From assembly GCA_964342815.1 (NCBI GenBank), contig CAYFHS010000026.1, forward strand, positions 1-55,370: a DNA stretch of 55,370 nt, given 5' to 3'. The notes beneath the pieces were generated by a model. It searched no databases. It saw only the letters and a list, made by a program, of their open reading frames with translations, and was not told the origin of the DNA. Shown here piece after piece: positions 1 through 10,487 of the stretch (positions are counted from its first letter, which is position 1; each line of letters begins with the position of its first letter). Both the position numbers and the translations under genes were made by a program. Source of the DNA: an uncultured archaeon. GTDB taxonomy: Archaea > Thermoplasmatota > Penumbrarchaeia > JASLWR01.

Positions 1-76
1 AGGGTGAGGAATTTTCGGCCGCCGTTTTTGGGGATTTTTAAAGCGCCATTGACAGTTAGGTGCATTTGCCCCTTCA

Positions 77-265
77 TTGGCCGTCGCTTCGGCTGTATTT
101 TATGGAATCACTTCACTTCGATATTATAAAGTAAAGTATTACGAAATTAAAGAGAATGGTCTCTTGGATTTTGAATGTCCAGATTGTGGCAAAGCATTGT
201 ATGGACAAGGGCAATACTGTTCTCATTGTAAAACGGGATTTATTGAGGACAAAAAAGAAACGTGA
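77..265 (+). CDS. Small protein or 3' fragment with a hydrophobic stretch and C-terminal double zinc ribbon
   Basis: CPDCG...CSHC motif after AVASAVFYGIT. Same-frame stop at 50-52 and only a TTG start, so it may be a fragment of a frameshifted gene entering from the window edge. Confidence 0.4.
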   Translation: MAVASAVFYGITSLRYYKVKYYEIKENGLLDFECPDCGKALYGQGQYCSHCKTGFIEDKKET

Positions 266-503
266 ACCTAAACCTTGATTGGAAGTAATCCCCAATATAT
301 CAACGGTGGATTCTCACGGTGTGAACTTATATTCTTTTTAATAATTTCAATCACCACTCTCCACTCACCTTGAAAGGAACTCCACCGAATTTTCTTTGTC
401 CGTATTGTATTTACGATAATCTCTTTTTTCCGCCATTAGATTTTGTCCCAATAAAACCATTTCCTGCAAAGTATGAAATCCCATGGGGTAAATATAAGCA
501 ATA

Positions 504-1223
504 ATGGGATTCTTAGGCTGGATGAAGGATAAAATAAACGACGATACCATTGATGACACATTTGTACAAATTGAAGAAAAGTTCCTCGAGGAATGGAAAA
601 CCTGGGCCCGGAAAAAGGAATATATAATTCTCAGGGAAATTCCCGACGATATCCTGAAAACCTCCCAGAAATCTCCTTTTTTAAAGTGCGACAAATCCAA
701 GATACTTTTTCCTCTGATGAAGGAAAATGATCAATATAATGTTTATTCATTCTACCTGGAAAAGGAATTCAAAAGCTTTTTTTCATCTGCGATCCACACC
801 TACAACTGCCTGGTGGCTGCAGCCCGGATCGATCAGGGAGATGGCTACATCGAAATGGAAGCGGAATTGACCGACCTGATGGGTGAGGGGAAGAAGTGCC
901 TGACCCGCATTGACAGCGATTTGAAAAAGTATTCATTCAAAATAAACGGAGAGCCTGTTGGTTTCGTCAGGGATTTCTTCACTGATAAAATGATAGGGCT
1001 TTTCAAATCTTTCGACAGGGTTAACATGAACTACTTCGATTGTCACTTATTTCTGATCAGACCTACGCCCAGAGATATGGCCATGCCCAGAGGTTTTTTT
1101 GACCCCCAACCCTTTCCCCGTTCCTCTATACTGGATATGAATACTCACGAGATATGGGATGTCCAAGGTGTGAAATCGATAGAGCAGATAGTTGATCAAC
1201 TGGACCTGAGTTTGAATAAGTAA
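504..1223 (+). CDS. Hypothetical soluble protein (239 aa)
   Basis: Long ORF with protein-like composition, ATG start, convergent with the next gene; no motif recognised. Confidence 0.7.
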   Translation: MGFLGWMKDKINDDTIDDTFVQIEEKFLEEWKTWARKKEYIILREIPDDILKTSQKSPFLKCDKSKILFPLMKENDQYNVYSFYLEKEFKSFFSSAIHTYNCLVAAARIDQGDGYIEMEAELTDLMGEGKKCLTRIDSDLKKYSFKINGEPVGFVRDFFTDKMIGLFKSFDRVNMNYFDCHLFLIRPTPRDMAMPRGFFDPQPFPRSSILDMNTHEIWDVQGVKSIEQIVDQLDLSLNK

Positions 1224-1279
1224 GGATCACGAAATTGCGTATAGATAAAACCCATATTTGACAATAAGTTCTATAATTT

Positions 1280-4200
1280 TCACTCCGCCTCTGAAATATC
1301 CGCGGTAGGCAATGCTCTTATTTCATCACCGGATTCAAGCAGGGGAAATCTCTTTTGTTCCAATTCCTGCATCAATGTTTCATTTACTGCAATAAACTGT
1401 ATTTCCGCGTTTTCGAAATCATTGGTTTTATACAACGAAATACCCTTCTCGTATTCGGTACGGAACTGGCCGATATCCAATCCCAATAACATACCTTCTT
1501 TGAATCCTGTGTTAATTGCATCATACAATTCCCTTGCCCTTGTTTCCGATTCATCGATTTCAGGTACGTTTACAGGTGTTTCCGTTACAGGATCGGGCTC
1601 CGCCTCAGGTCCCCCTGACGGCGGTATCTCTTCAAGAGATTCTTCAATTATTTCGACCTTTTCTTCTTTTATCGGTATTTCGACTGTAGTTTCCTCTTTT
1701 TCCGTGGTCTTTCTTCCTCTTCTCATGAAAGCGATGAGGAGAATTATAATTATAACCAATAACAGGGCCATAACACCCATCATCGCGAAACCAGTGGGTG
1801 AAGATAATAGATCGCTCGCTCCCGTTCCACCAACTCCACTGTTTCCATCGGTGTCATCATCCCCTTCTGTATCATCATCCCCTGCAGTATCGTCATCACC
1901 CGTGGTATCGTCATCCCCTGTTGTATCATCATCCCCTGTTGTATCATCATCCCCGGCGGTGTCGTCATCACCAGTAGTATCATCATCCCCGGTAGTGTCG
2001 TCATCCCCTGTTGTGTCATCGTCTCCGGTTGTGTCGTCATCACCAGTAGTATCATCATCCCCGGTAGTGTCGTCATCACCACTAGTGTCATCATCCCCGG
2101 TAGTGTCGTCATCATCTTCGCTCGGCTTTTCGGTAACTGTAATATTAACTACGTCGTTTTCTTCATTTCCCGCATCATCCAAAACTTTAAGCGTCACCTC
2201 GTAGATACCCGGAATATCGAATAAAAATGAAGGTTCGTCATCGAATAATTTTAGGTTACTCTTGTTATATCTGAATGACCACGTATAGTTAACAATCCCA
2301 ATATTGTCATCAGAAGCGCTACCGTCAAAGTATACAATGTCACCCTCTTCAATACTATCATCCGAACCTGCATCGGCGTTAGGGATGTCATTATCCGAAA
2401 CAACAATTTCTATCAGATCACCGGATTGGAAATTCCCTGATGTGTCCTCAACGCTTATCGTAAAACTTAAATTGGACGTATCATGGCCGAGAGTTTCGGT
2501 TTCGACCCAGTAACCGTTGTCCGGGATCAAAGAAATGTTCCTACCAAGTGTCCCGTGCTCCCAATCAACATATACCGTTTCCACTTCGATATTGTCCGTG
2601 GCCTGTACCTTGAATTGGAATTCGTCGCCTGTGGTCCCGGTCATATCGCTTTTATCGTTCAGTGTGGGCAAATCATTGTCCGTTACTCCTACGGTATGCA
2701 ATATTCCAGTTGCAAAGTTATCGGAACTGTCCTTTACGGATATGGTGTAAGTGAGATCCACAAGATCGTCGTCCAGTGTAATGGTAGAAGTCCAATATTC
2801 TCCCGAAAGAACCAGCGAAACGTTATCACTCGAATCGCCATGGACCCAATTTGCAAATACCGATCCAACTTTGATATTATCGATTGCGGTCACGTTGAAA
2901 GTGAACTGGTCATTTGTACTTCCTGTTGCTGCCGACAGGTCGGTAAAGGATGGGCTATCATTGTCGATGACGTTTACAGTTTTCAAGTTACTTATTTTCA
3001 AATTATTTGAGGAATCCACTACTGTTATCAAATAACTGAGATCTCCAATACTGTGATCGAGAATAATTGTTTTAGACCAGGAATTTCCCGTTTTCGCAAG
3101 TGTGATATTATCACCCAGGGCCCCCTGGGACCAATTCAGATAAACATCTGTTACCTGAATGTTGTCCGAAGCCGCAACGTCGAAAATGTAATTGTCGCCT
3201 GTTGTTCCAACGCCCGGGCTGTTGTCAGAGATCGTGGGTAGATCGTTATCAATAACATTTATTTTTTTATTTATGCTAATGTTGAAATTAGCGGCCTTAT
3301 CCCGGACATAGAGCTCGTAGGAAAGGGGATCAATACTATCATCCAATGTGATGGTTCCAGTCCAGATATTCCTATTCTTAGTTAACGAGAGGTTCCCCTT
3401 CTGAATCCCGTGGAACCAATTCGCGTGGACGAAGTTTACCCCGATATTGTCCGTAGCGGTAACTCTGAAAGTGAACTGATCACCCGTTGATCCCTCATTG
3501 GGTGATTGATCATCGAACGTAGGAATATCGTTATCGGAAACGCTTACTATTTTTTTGGCACTGATATTGTAGTTATTAAACGTGTCATTAACATAGCTGA
3601 CATAGCTAAGATCATTTATATCATGGGCCATAGAAATATTTCCGATCCAGTATCCGCTGGCCTTGTTCAACGAAAGATTCTGATTCAGATTTCCGTGCAT
3701 CCAATTGACAAATACCTTCCCCATTTTTATATTGTCCGAAGCGGTGAAGTTAAAGGTGAATAATTCACCGGTTGTACCGCTATTAGGGGTGCTATCCTTG
3801 TAGGTCGGAGGATCGTTATCGGTAACGTTGACGATTATCAAATTACTGATGTTATAATTATCGGAAGTATCGTTTGTATATATTGTATACGAAAGCGGTG
3901 AGAGATTGTCTTCAAGAGTTATATTTCCTATCCAGTAGCCGCTGGCCTTATCGAGGGAAAGATTTCTGCCGGAATTCCCATGAGACCAATTAACGTATAT
4001 TTTGTCCACTTCTATGTCATCCGAAGCATTTATCCTGAATGTGAATTTATCAGCAGTGGTTCCGGTGTTATTACTCCTATCGAGATATCCAGGACATACT
4101 GTGTCAGGGATGTTTTCTATAGAACATACCCAGAAATCATCAAGATACATATCCGTTCCCGTAGCCCTGAATTTGAAATCCGCGGTACAATAATATTCCT

Positions 4201-5317
4201 CCAGGTAACTACCATATATGTTATAGCCAAGGGTGGCCCAATTGTTATACATATAAATATACCAGGCATCGTCGATCCCTTGATTACCATTCTTTTGTCC
4301 GTCCCAGCTGCCGGATGAACTGTTCCAGAAATCAAAGGACCAGGTAGATGGATTTGCAGAACCCGAAAAAGTCCAGCCAATGAATATACCCTTTGTACTT
4401 CCACCGTTCGGGGCGCCGTATAATGGAAGTTCATTATCTTTAGTATTAGAGAGATCAACGGCATATTCAATGTATTGAACGCCAGCACTCGCAGCTTCCC
4501 ATACGGTCGGCGCTGTATGGCCGGTTATATCGGGATCATTCTGTGCGGCTAACGAGGTTAAGGACCAACCATTTCCATGTGCCCACTGGTTCTGTTCGAC
4601 ACCAGACTCTACCGTATTGTATTCTCGCATCACATAGGGATAAAAATAGGCGTCATTATTGGTTTTATCCGGATCACCCACCGATTCTATCTTCAAACAT
4701 ACCTCGATTCTACCTGCATATCGGGGCCTCCATGATAGGGAAGTATTGAGTCCCTCGGTCGTGGTATTTTTCCCTGCCGGTAATGGGCCCACGTTCCTTG
4801 AGATATTTACGAATTCACGTCTTGTTTCCCAATTTCCTCCCTTGTTGATAATGTACTCGTGTATCACCAATCTCAAGGTGAATTGATTGATCTGTACCCC
4901 CCCGTCGTTCTTTACTATCGGTGTATAGGTTATGGTGGTATTTTTCACTCCCCACAAGTACTCTCGAAAGCCATTAATGTCATAATACAGTGTATTAAAA
5001 GGCGCATTAGATATATCATCGTACCAAAGCATTCCGTCCCAATCCATTAATAGATCACCATTTGCACCTCTTGTTCTATCAGGTTCTTGTGGACGGAAAA
5101 TATGACACTTTGATTTTGAATTGTATGTTGAAAATGAAGATTGTTCTTCCGCGATGAATCCATCAAGTGCTAAGTTGTCTTTTCCTTCGTTGCTTATTTC
5201 AACTTCTTCTCTATTGCCAAACTCAGCTTCTTTTTGATTTTCATAGATAATCGCATGAGGCAACAATAAACTCAAAATTGCTAATATTATGATTACAGAG
5301 CTTTTCAGATTAGTCAT
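1280..5317 (-). CDS. Giant single-pass surface glycoprotein: signal peptide, CARDB-like and jelly-roll-like domains, six ~95-aa Ig-like repeats, PKD, (GDDDT)14 stalk, TM, cytoplasmic tail with helical module
   Basis: GGAGGT 7 nt upstream of ATG at 5317 (ORF track start 5332). Hydrophobic N-terminus; repeats DNDxPT...GTTG.xFTF...W.HG; PKD ADAGSD..FDGSASDD; TM GFAMMGVMALLLVIIIILLIAF followed by MRRGRK; many N-x-S/T sequons. Confidence 0.9.
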   Translation of the reverse strand: MTNLKSSVIIILAILSLLLPHAIIYENQKEAEFGNREEVEISNEGKDNLALDGFIAEEQSSFSTYNSKSKCHIFRPQEPDRTRGANGDLLMDWDGMLWYDDISNAPFNTLYYDINGFREYLWGVKNTTITYTPIVKNDGGVQINQFTLRLVIHEYIINKGGNWETRREFVNISRNVGPLPAGKNTTTEGLNTSLSWRPRYAGRIEVCLKIESVGDPDKTNNDAYFYPYVMREYNTVESGVEQNQWAHGNGWSLTSLAAQNDPDITGHTAPTVWEAASAGVQYIEYAVDLSNTKDNELPLYGAPNGGSTKGIFIGWTFSGSANPSTWSFDFWNSSSGSWDGQKNGNQGIDDAWYIYMYNNWATLGYNIYGSYLEEYYCTADFKFRATGTDMYLDDFWVCSIENIPDTVCPGYLDRSNNTGTTADKFTFRINASDDIEVDKIYVNWSHGNSGRNLSLDKASGYWIGNITLEDNLSPLSYTIYTNDTSDNYNISNLIIVNVTDNDPPTYKDSTPNSGTTGELFTFNFTASDNIKMGKVFVNWMHGNLNQNLSLNKASGYWIGNISMAHDINDLSYVSYVNDTFNNYNISAKKIVSVSDNDIPTFDDQSPNEGSTGDQFTFRVTATDNIGVNFVHANWFHGIQKGNLSLTKNRNIWTGTITLDDSIDPLSYELYVRDKAANFNISINKKINVIDNDLPTISDNSPGVGTTGDNYIFDVAASDNIQVTDVYLNWSQGALGDNITLAKTGNSWSKTIILDHSIGDLSYLITVVDSSNNLKISNLKTVNVIDNDSPSFTDLSAATGSTNDQFTFNVTAIDNIKVGSVFANWVHGDSSDNVSLVLSGEYWTSTITLDDDLVDLTYTISVKDSSDNFATGILHTVGVTDNDLPTLNDKSDMTGTTGDEFQFKVQATDNIEVETVYVDWEHGTLGRNISLIPDNGYWVETETLGHDTSNLSFTISVEDTSGNFQSGDLIEIVVSDNDIPNADAGSDDSIEEGDIVYFDGSASDDNIGIVNYTWSFRYNKSNLKLFDDEPSFLFDIPGIYEVTLKVLDDAGNEENDVVNITVTEKPSEDDDDTTGDDDTSGDDDTTGDDDTTGDDDTTGDDDTTGDDDTTGDDDTTGDDDTAGDDDTTGDDDTTGDDDTTGDDDTAGDDDTEGDDDTDGNSGVGGTGASDLLSSPTGFAMMGVMALLLVIIIILLIAFMRRGRKTTEKEETTVEIPIKEEKVEIIEESLEEIPPSGGPEAEPDPVTETPVNVPEIDESETRARELYDAINTGFKEGMLLGLDIGQFRTEYEKGISLYKTNDFENAEIQFIAVNETLMQELEQKRFPLLESGDEIRALPTADISEAE
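1847..2116 (-). repeat. 18-nt coding tandem repeat, 15 units (14x GDDDT[T/A/S/E/D] + DDDDTT)
   Basis: Units read directly, e.g. tgttgtatcatcatcccc and agtagtatcatcatcccc; synonymous variation between units. Confidence 0.95.
2396..4109 (-). repeat. Six tandem ~95-aa beta-rich (Ig-like) coding repeats
   Basis: Six aligned units with consensus DNDxPTxxDxSxxxGTTGDxFTFxVxAxDNIxVxxVxxNWxHG...NxSL...W...ITL...LSY..V.D...N. Confidence 0.85.
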
Positions 5318-5614
5318 TTTCATAACCTCCAACTTGGGTTATTCATGTGAAATTTATTCCTTGTCGTTTTACTGGAATAACCCGACTAATAATAAGATTA
5401 TGAAAATGTTGAATAGTTATATATGTTTTATGAGTCTTTGTTATTTGACATCATGGAAAAACCATACCGATCAAATCATTTTTCGTTCTTCCCCGATCTC
5501 CAAGTTATAAGCGAATTTCAACTACACGTATGGGGAAATGCCATTGGAAGGAAAGGAAAAACATTAATAAGTCAATATCGATAATACATCATCGAGAGGT
5601 TTGGTGATACTTAC

Positions 5615-8600
5615 TTGAGATCAAATGCGATTATTGCTGCAATGGTCATCTTGCTTGCCAATTTCTTTATACTTTATACCGTACCCCAAGAGGTAACAGG
5701 GGAAACGCGCTATACTATAGAGGATTTCGGTTCCGGTGTTTCAAAAGGGCTTCCCAATACTGGAGATTACAACTGTATCGGCGTTGGAGACGTGAACGGC
5801 GACCAGGACATGGACATCATCTGTGGAGGTGAATCAAGCTATGGAAATCAACCCCGAACAGGTCTTTATGTCTTCACCGGTGACGGGACGGGAAACTGGG
5901 ATCAGATAAATCTAACGCTGTCCAACTCGTTTGCAGGTATAGAGGTGGCAGATTGCGACAATGACGGGCTTCAGGAGGTATATGCCGGTTATCAGGAGAA
6001 CAGTAACGGTATAGGGGCATGGGAATGGACCGGAACAGGGTTTGAACAAGCTGGAATAACATCTCCTCTGGGCTCGGGAGGAGTGAATTATCTCAGGATC
6101 CGCAATATGACGGGAGATGCCGGCCTGGATATGGCCATTGGCACCCATAACGGTGTCCGGTATTACCAGGGAAGCGGCAGTGCTCCCATATCATGGACCC
6201 AGTATTCCACCGGTTTGAGAAGCAACGGACTCTGCACCCAGATCGACGTGAACGATATAAACAACGACGGCCTATTGGATATCATAGTGGGACAGTATGG
6301 AGACGGGCTTTATATATTTACGCAGGACGCAGGGGGTATGTCCTGGACCGATCGGTCCTCGACGCTCCCGCCCGTAGAGCAGACCGGAAGGGTCCTTGGC
6401 CTGGTAACGGGTGACGTTAACAATGACGGAAACGTGGACATCGTTCTGAACAAGAGGACAAATCCATCCGGGTTATTCCTGCTCCTGGGGAACGGGGGGG
6501 GAGGTACGGGAGTCGATTTCCAGTGGACATATCTCAACAACTCCTGGCAGAACCGACCTATGGGAACATTCTATCAGAGCCATCTTGTGGATATTGATAT
6601 GGACGGTGACCTGGATCTATTAACGGCCAAGGAATCCACGGGACTTCACCTGTATCTCGGGAACGGTGCAGAGAATCCAGGCAACAATTTCGCATGGACC
6701 GAAGTGTTGGGCAAGGGGCTCCCCACAACGGATTTTTACACGGGAGCCAACTACCTCGATTTCGACAACGATGGGGACCTTGACGTGGCCGGATGCACCT
6801 ATGGCAACGGCATGATAGTCCTTGAGAACAATCTTACCCTACCTCATGTTCCCGTAGCACGGGCGGGACCGGACCAGACGATCAACCTGGGTGATACGAT
6901 ATACCTCGATGGTTCTAATTCCCGCGATCAGCAGGATTGTCCCGATGGGGATGACGGAGGAACCATTCTGACGTACCAGTGGAACATCAGTTCACAACCC
7001 GCCGATTCAACTCTTGTAGATGATGACCTGATCCCTTCCGATTCAGTATCAAGTCCTTCATTCATCCCAACTCACTCAGGAAATTATTATCTCACTCTGG
7101 CGGTAAAAGATACAGATGATCATTGGAGTGTTTCGGAGGACCAGATCAAAATAACGGTCATAGGGATCAACAATTTCCCCGTAGCCCATGCAGGAATAAA
7201 CCAGACCGTTCATTCGGGAAGCTTGGTGACTTTGGACGGTTCTGCATCAACCGATATGGACGAAGCGATTGAGATGCTAACTTTCGATTGGAATATATCA
7301 GCAGGAAATCCATCGCCGGTGACCCTGTCAGAAGAATCATCTATGTCGCCAACGTTCATGGCCCCGGATATTACCGGGGATTATCGATTTACATTGGCAG
7401 TTAGGGACTCTTTGGGAGCGTGGTCATCCGAGGACGAGGTAATAATCTCTGTGGAACTTCCAACAAATGTCAGACCTGTGGCGGATGCGGGGAGAGATTT
7501 CTCTGCTTATTCCAACAGGACGATCTTCCTAAACGGGAGAGCATCCCATGATCCTGACGGTAGCATCGTAACATGGGATTGGAACTGTTCCAGCCATTCT
7601 TCCATTACGATATCCGGAGTAAATTCATCAGATCCATGGTTCCAACCTAACAGAACAGGACAATATATATTCACCCTAACCGTCCGGGACGATAGAGGGG
7701 CATGGGCCAATGAAGACGGTGTAGTAATAACTGTGATTGAGGAGAACCGAGCTCCCGTAGCAAACGCCGGAATTGACTTTACAGCATATTATGATGAAAT
7801 GACTAGATTGAACGGTTCTGCTTCGATTGACAAAGAAGGTTACATACTATCGTGGGATTGGAACTGCACGAGTCATACTTCTGTGGTTTTGTCTGAAAAT
7901 AATTCATCTCTTCCAAGCTTCACGCCGGGTGAAGTTGACACATATATATTCTCCCTGCGGGTTATGGACGATCTGGGACTGTGGTCGAACACAGATACGG
8001 TTAACGTTACAGTGGTTGAACGTCCGATCAACCAGGTCCCGATTGCTCACGCGGGCAAGGACCATACTGTGAAGATAAACACCACAGTAGAGCTTTACGG
8101 AAATAATTCATATGATCTTGACGGGGAAATTGTATTGTGGGACTGGTACTGCTCCTCTCATCCGGGACTAGTATTCCAAGATGGAAACAGCAGAAACCCG
8201 TCATTCTTCGCGGGGGAAATCGGTACATACGAGATTATTCTGAAAGTATTTGATGACAGCGGAGATGGGTCGATTAAGGATACTGTTCTGATCACTGTGG
8301 TACCGGAGGATACCCAAATAGGGAACGGATTCGGTAATACTGCTCCCGTGATCTCGTTGACCTCACATAGAAATGTAGAGGTTTTGACTGGAATATCCAC
8401 CATCAGCTGGACAGCCGCGGACCATGACCTTGATCCACTATCCTTCTCGATATTTTTACTCGATCAGGAGGGGGTGGAAATAAAAACCCTTGTCGACGGA
8501 CTACCCTCGGAAAGCAGGACATGGGACTGGAATACTGCCCTACAGCCTGATGGATCCTATAGGCTAAAATTATTGGTGTCTGACGGGACGGATAATGCTC

Positions 8601-9046
8601 AATTTATATCAGATACATTCGAAATACACAATGAGGATGCGGGTACGAGGGAAAATCGCTCCAATTACGGTAAGGTGGTAATCTGGATCGGTGCGATTGT
8701 CCTGATATTGATAATTTTGGTGATGTTATTGATACTAATGAGATCGAGAAGGAATAAAAGAAACGAGGAATCAAAGGTCAGCAGGGATGATGAGAATCAG
8801 GATGATGAAGAATACCGATGGCGTGACTCTGGGAATAAGTATGGGGAAGCGAGTAGAAGGGATTATGAGCGCGTGCACCCTGGACGTAGGGAACGAAATT
8901 CAGACGAATCGATAGATCATTCGGGATGGAGGGATGAAGGATCAACTCAATACGACGATGAGATTGGTTGGGATGATGAGTGGACGGATGATGGTGATTG
9001 GAACGACGATGGGGAGTGGGAGGATGATTATTACGAGGAAGATTAG
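5615..9046 (+). CDS. FG-GAP (7-blade propeller) + 5 PKD-like domains + Ig-like domain, single TM, acidic/Trp-rich tail (paralog A)
   Basis: Seven DxN/DxDGxxD-type loops (GDVNGDQDMD ... DFDNDGDLD); five AxAGxD..L.GS.S.D repeats; TM VVIWIGAIVLILIILVMLLILM followed by RSRR; TTG start after GGTGAT. Confidence 0.9.
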   Translation: MRSNAIIAAMVILLANFFILYTVPQEVTGETRYTIEDFGSGVSKGLPNTGDYNCIGVGDVNGDQDMDIICGGESSYGNQPRTGLYVFTGDGTGNWDQINLTLSNSFAGIEVADCDNDGLQEVYAGYQENSNGIGAWEWTGTGFEQAGITSPLGSGGVNYLRIRNMTGDAGLDMAIGTHNGVRYYQGSGSAPISWTQYSTGLRSNGLCTQIDVNDINNDGLLDIIVGQYGDGLYIFTQDAGGMSWTDRSSTLPPVEQTGRVLGLVTGDVNNDGNVDIVLNKRTNPSGLFLLLGNGGGGTGVDFQWTYLNNSWQNRPMGTFYQSHLVDIDMDGDLDLLTAKESTGLHLYLGNGAENPGNNFAWTEVLGKGLPTTDFYTGANYLDFDNDGDLDVAGCTYGNGMIVLENNLTLPHVPVARAGPDQTINLGDTIYLDGSNSRDQQDCPDGDDGGTILTYQWNISSQPADSTLVDDDLIPSDSVSSPSFIPTHSGNYYLTLAVKDTDDHWSVSEDQIKITVIGINNFPVAHAGINQTVHSGSLVTLDGSASTDMDEAIEMLTFDWNISAGNPSPVTLSEESSMSPTFMAPDITGDYRFTLAVRDSLGAWSSEDEVIISVELPTNVRPVADAGRDFSAYSNRTIFLNGRASHDPDGSIVTWDWNCSSHSSITISGVNSSDPWFQPNRTGQYIFTLTVRDDRGAWANEDGVVITVIEENRAPVANAGIDFTAYYDEMTRLNGSASIDKEGYILSWDWNCTSHTSVVLSENNSSLPSFTPGEVDTYIFSLRVMDDLGLWSNTDTVNVTVVERPINQVPIAHAGKDHTVKINTTVELYGNNSYDLDGEIVLWDWYCSSHPGLVFQDGNSRNPSFFAGEIGTYEIILKVFDDSGDGSIKDTVLITVVPEDTQIGNGFGNTAPVISLTSHRNVEVLTGISTISWTAADHDLDPLSFSIFLLDQEGVEIKTLVDGLPSESRTWDWNTALQPDGSYRLKLLVSDGTDNAQFISDTFEIHNEDAGTRENRSNYGKVVIWIGAIVLILIILVMLLILMRSRRNKRNEESKVSRDDENQDDEEYRWRDSGNKYGEASRRDYERVHPGRRERNSDESIDHSGWRDEGSTQYDDEIGWDDEWTDDGDWNDDGEWEDDYYEED

Positions 9047-9185
9047 AACTTAATACAACTAAACTATTCTTATTCCCTTGAACCTGCCCGTCGAAATTAT
9101 CATTTACCCACTAATCAACCCAGGGGAGAGGGATTCCCATAATCAAGAGGAATATGCTTTTAGGGGAGAACTTATTTTATTACTT

Positions 9186-9461
9186 TTAGGCAATGCCATC
9201 CAATTCATATATCGGAAAATCCCCAAATAATAAAATCTTCAGCGTAAATTCGGTTCCCATCTCCAAACCTCGTATTTCTACTATATCGTTTTTCGTAAAA
9301 TATTCGTTATTGTCACTGTCATTGACGACCATATAAACTCTTGTCCGCTGCATGAGATCTACACCCAAAACAACGATTAAAACTATCAAGGTTAAGACAA
9401 GTAGTATCAAAGCACTTCTCGTCGGGTTGCGTACTTTCTCGGCAATAAAATTACTATGCAA
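9186..9461 (-). CDS. Small membrane-anchored hypothetical protein (91 aa)
   Basis: ATG ORF with one strong hydrophobic helix (ALILLVLTLIVLIVVLGV); fills an intergenic gap. Confidence 0.5.
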   Translation of the reverse strand: MHSNFIAEKVRNPTRSALILLVLTLIVLIVVLGVDLMQRTRVYMVVNDSDNNEYFTKNDIVEIRGLEMGTEFTLKILLFGDFPIYELDGIA

Positions 9462-9748
9462 AGTATCCTATTAATATCTTTCCCATACAATCCAAACCCA
9501 CATGTCGGATTTCTTACTATGGCGGAAATACCGAAGGGGATTTAATAATGAGAGATTAAAAGAGATTTTTTCCCACCGGACATTAACGCGGAACCTTTGG
9601 GATTGAATTCTTCTATTACTTAAACCAAGAAAACGTTATATCTTCGTGACACACTCACCGGACCTCTAATAACTCTGGAAAAGATGACAATCGTTCAGTG
9701 AAGTCGCTACACTTCACAGTACAAAAACCGGAAAAGGACGATAAATAT

Positions 9749-10255
9749 ATGACGACAAGCCCAGGAATAACAAAACGGCTGATCCATAATATACCGTATG
9801 CGGCCACCATCTTGCTGGGGGCCGTGGTGATATATTTTTCAATTGAAGATTCTTTTTTAAAACTTTTATTGTCAGGCGCATTCATCCTGTACGGTATATT
9901 GTCCACCTTGTGGTTCATGATGTTTTTGTGTGTTCACTGTCAGTCATACGGATCCCAAAAATGCCGATCCGGTTTCGGTCTTCTGGCGTCAAAATTGAGA
10001 GCGCGAGGCGATCCGACATTGTTCCGAAAAAAGTTCAAAATACATATCGCGGTAGTCGTTCCGTCGTGGTTCGTCCCTCTAATAATAGGTCTTATTTCGT
10101 TATATGACGAATTCACCTTTACAAAAATGTTCTTGCTCTCACTTTTCATGATAAATTCATTCGTTATACTGCCATTGGCCTCCAGAAACAAGGGATGCTC
10201 GGATTGCCCACAGAGATCGGACTGTCCCTGGATGAAGGACAAGGAACATACATAA
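9749..10255 (+). CDS. 4-TM membrane protein with two Cys clusters (CxxC-x7-C and CxxC-x5-C)
   Basis: Four hydrophobic segments; CVHCQSYGSQKC and CSDCPQRSDCPW. ATG 9749 preferred over the ORF-track GTG 9698. Confidence 0.75.
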   Translation: MTTSPGITKRLIHNIPYAATILLGAVVIYFSIEDSFLKLLLSGAFILYGILSTLWFMMFLCVHCQSYGSQKCRSGFGLLASKLRARGDPTLFRKKFKIHIAVVVPSWFVPLIIGLISLYDEFTFTKMFLLSLFMINSFVILPLASRNKGCSDCPQRSDCPWMKDKEHT

Positions 10256-10487
10256 ATAATTGAAACTTTCCTTCCAAAACTTACTTCAACATTCTAATTT
10301 AACATTTTACTGATCAAAATTGATGCGATCCGGCTTTAATAGTCAATACTTCTTCTCATTTCGATGGATTTTAATATTATTCATTAATCACAATATTATG
10401 GAAAGTTATTATATTTGTTTACGTTGTTATGGTTAATAAGATAATTCATAATGATACTTATTTACGGGAATCGTGAAATAATGAACA

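Noticed and set aside
1-76. Programmed frameshift joining the window-edge sequence to the 77-265 zinc-ribbon ORF
   Set aside because: Too little upstream sequence to define a gene, and no clear slippery site with a downstream structure.
1750-1810. PGF-CTERM/archaeosortase or LPxTG sortase signal (SSPTGF)
   Set aside because: The motif and TM are followed by a tail of over 130 aa; sorting signals of those systems lie at the extreme C-terminus.
1847-2116. CRISPR array
   Set aside because: The 18-nt units are contiguous with no spacers, are in frame and vary synonymously; this is a coding repeat.
1422-2204. 260-aa plus-strand ORF and 111-aa alternate-frame ORF over the repeat
   Set aside because: Shadows of the GDDDT repeat (SSSPVV / MMTT periodicity) inside a well-supported gene.
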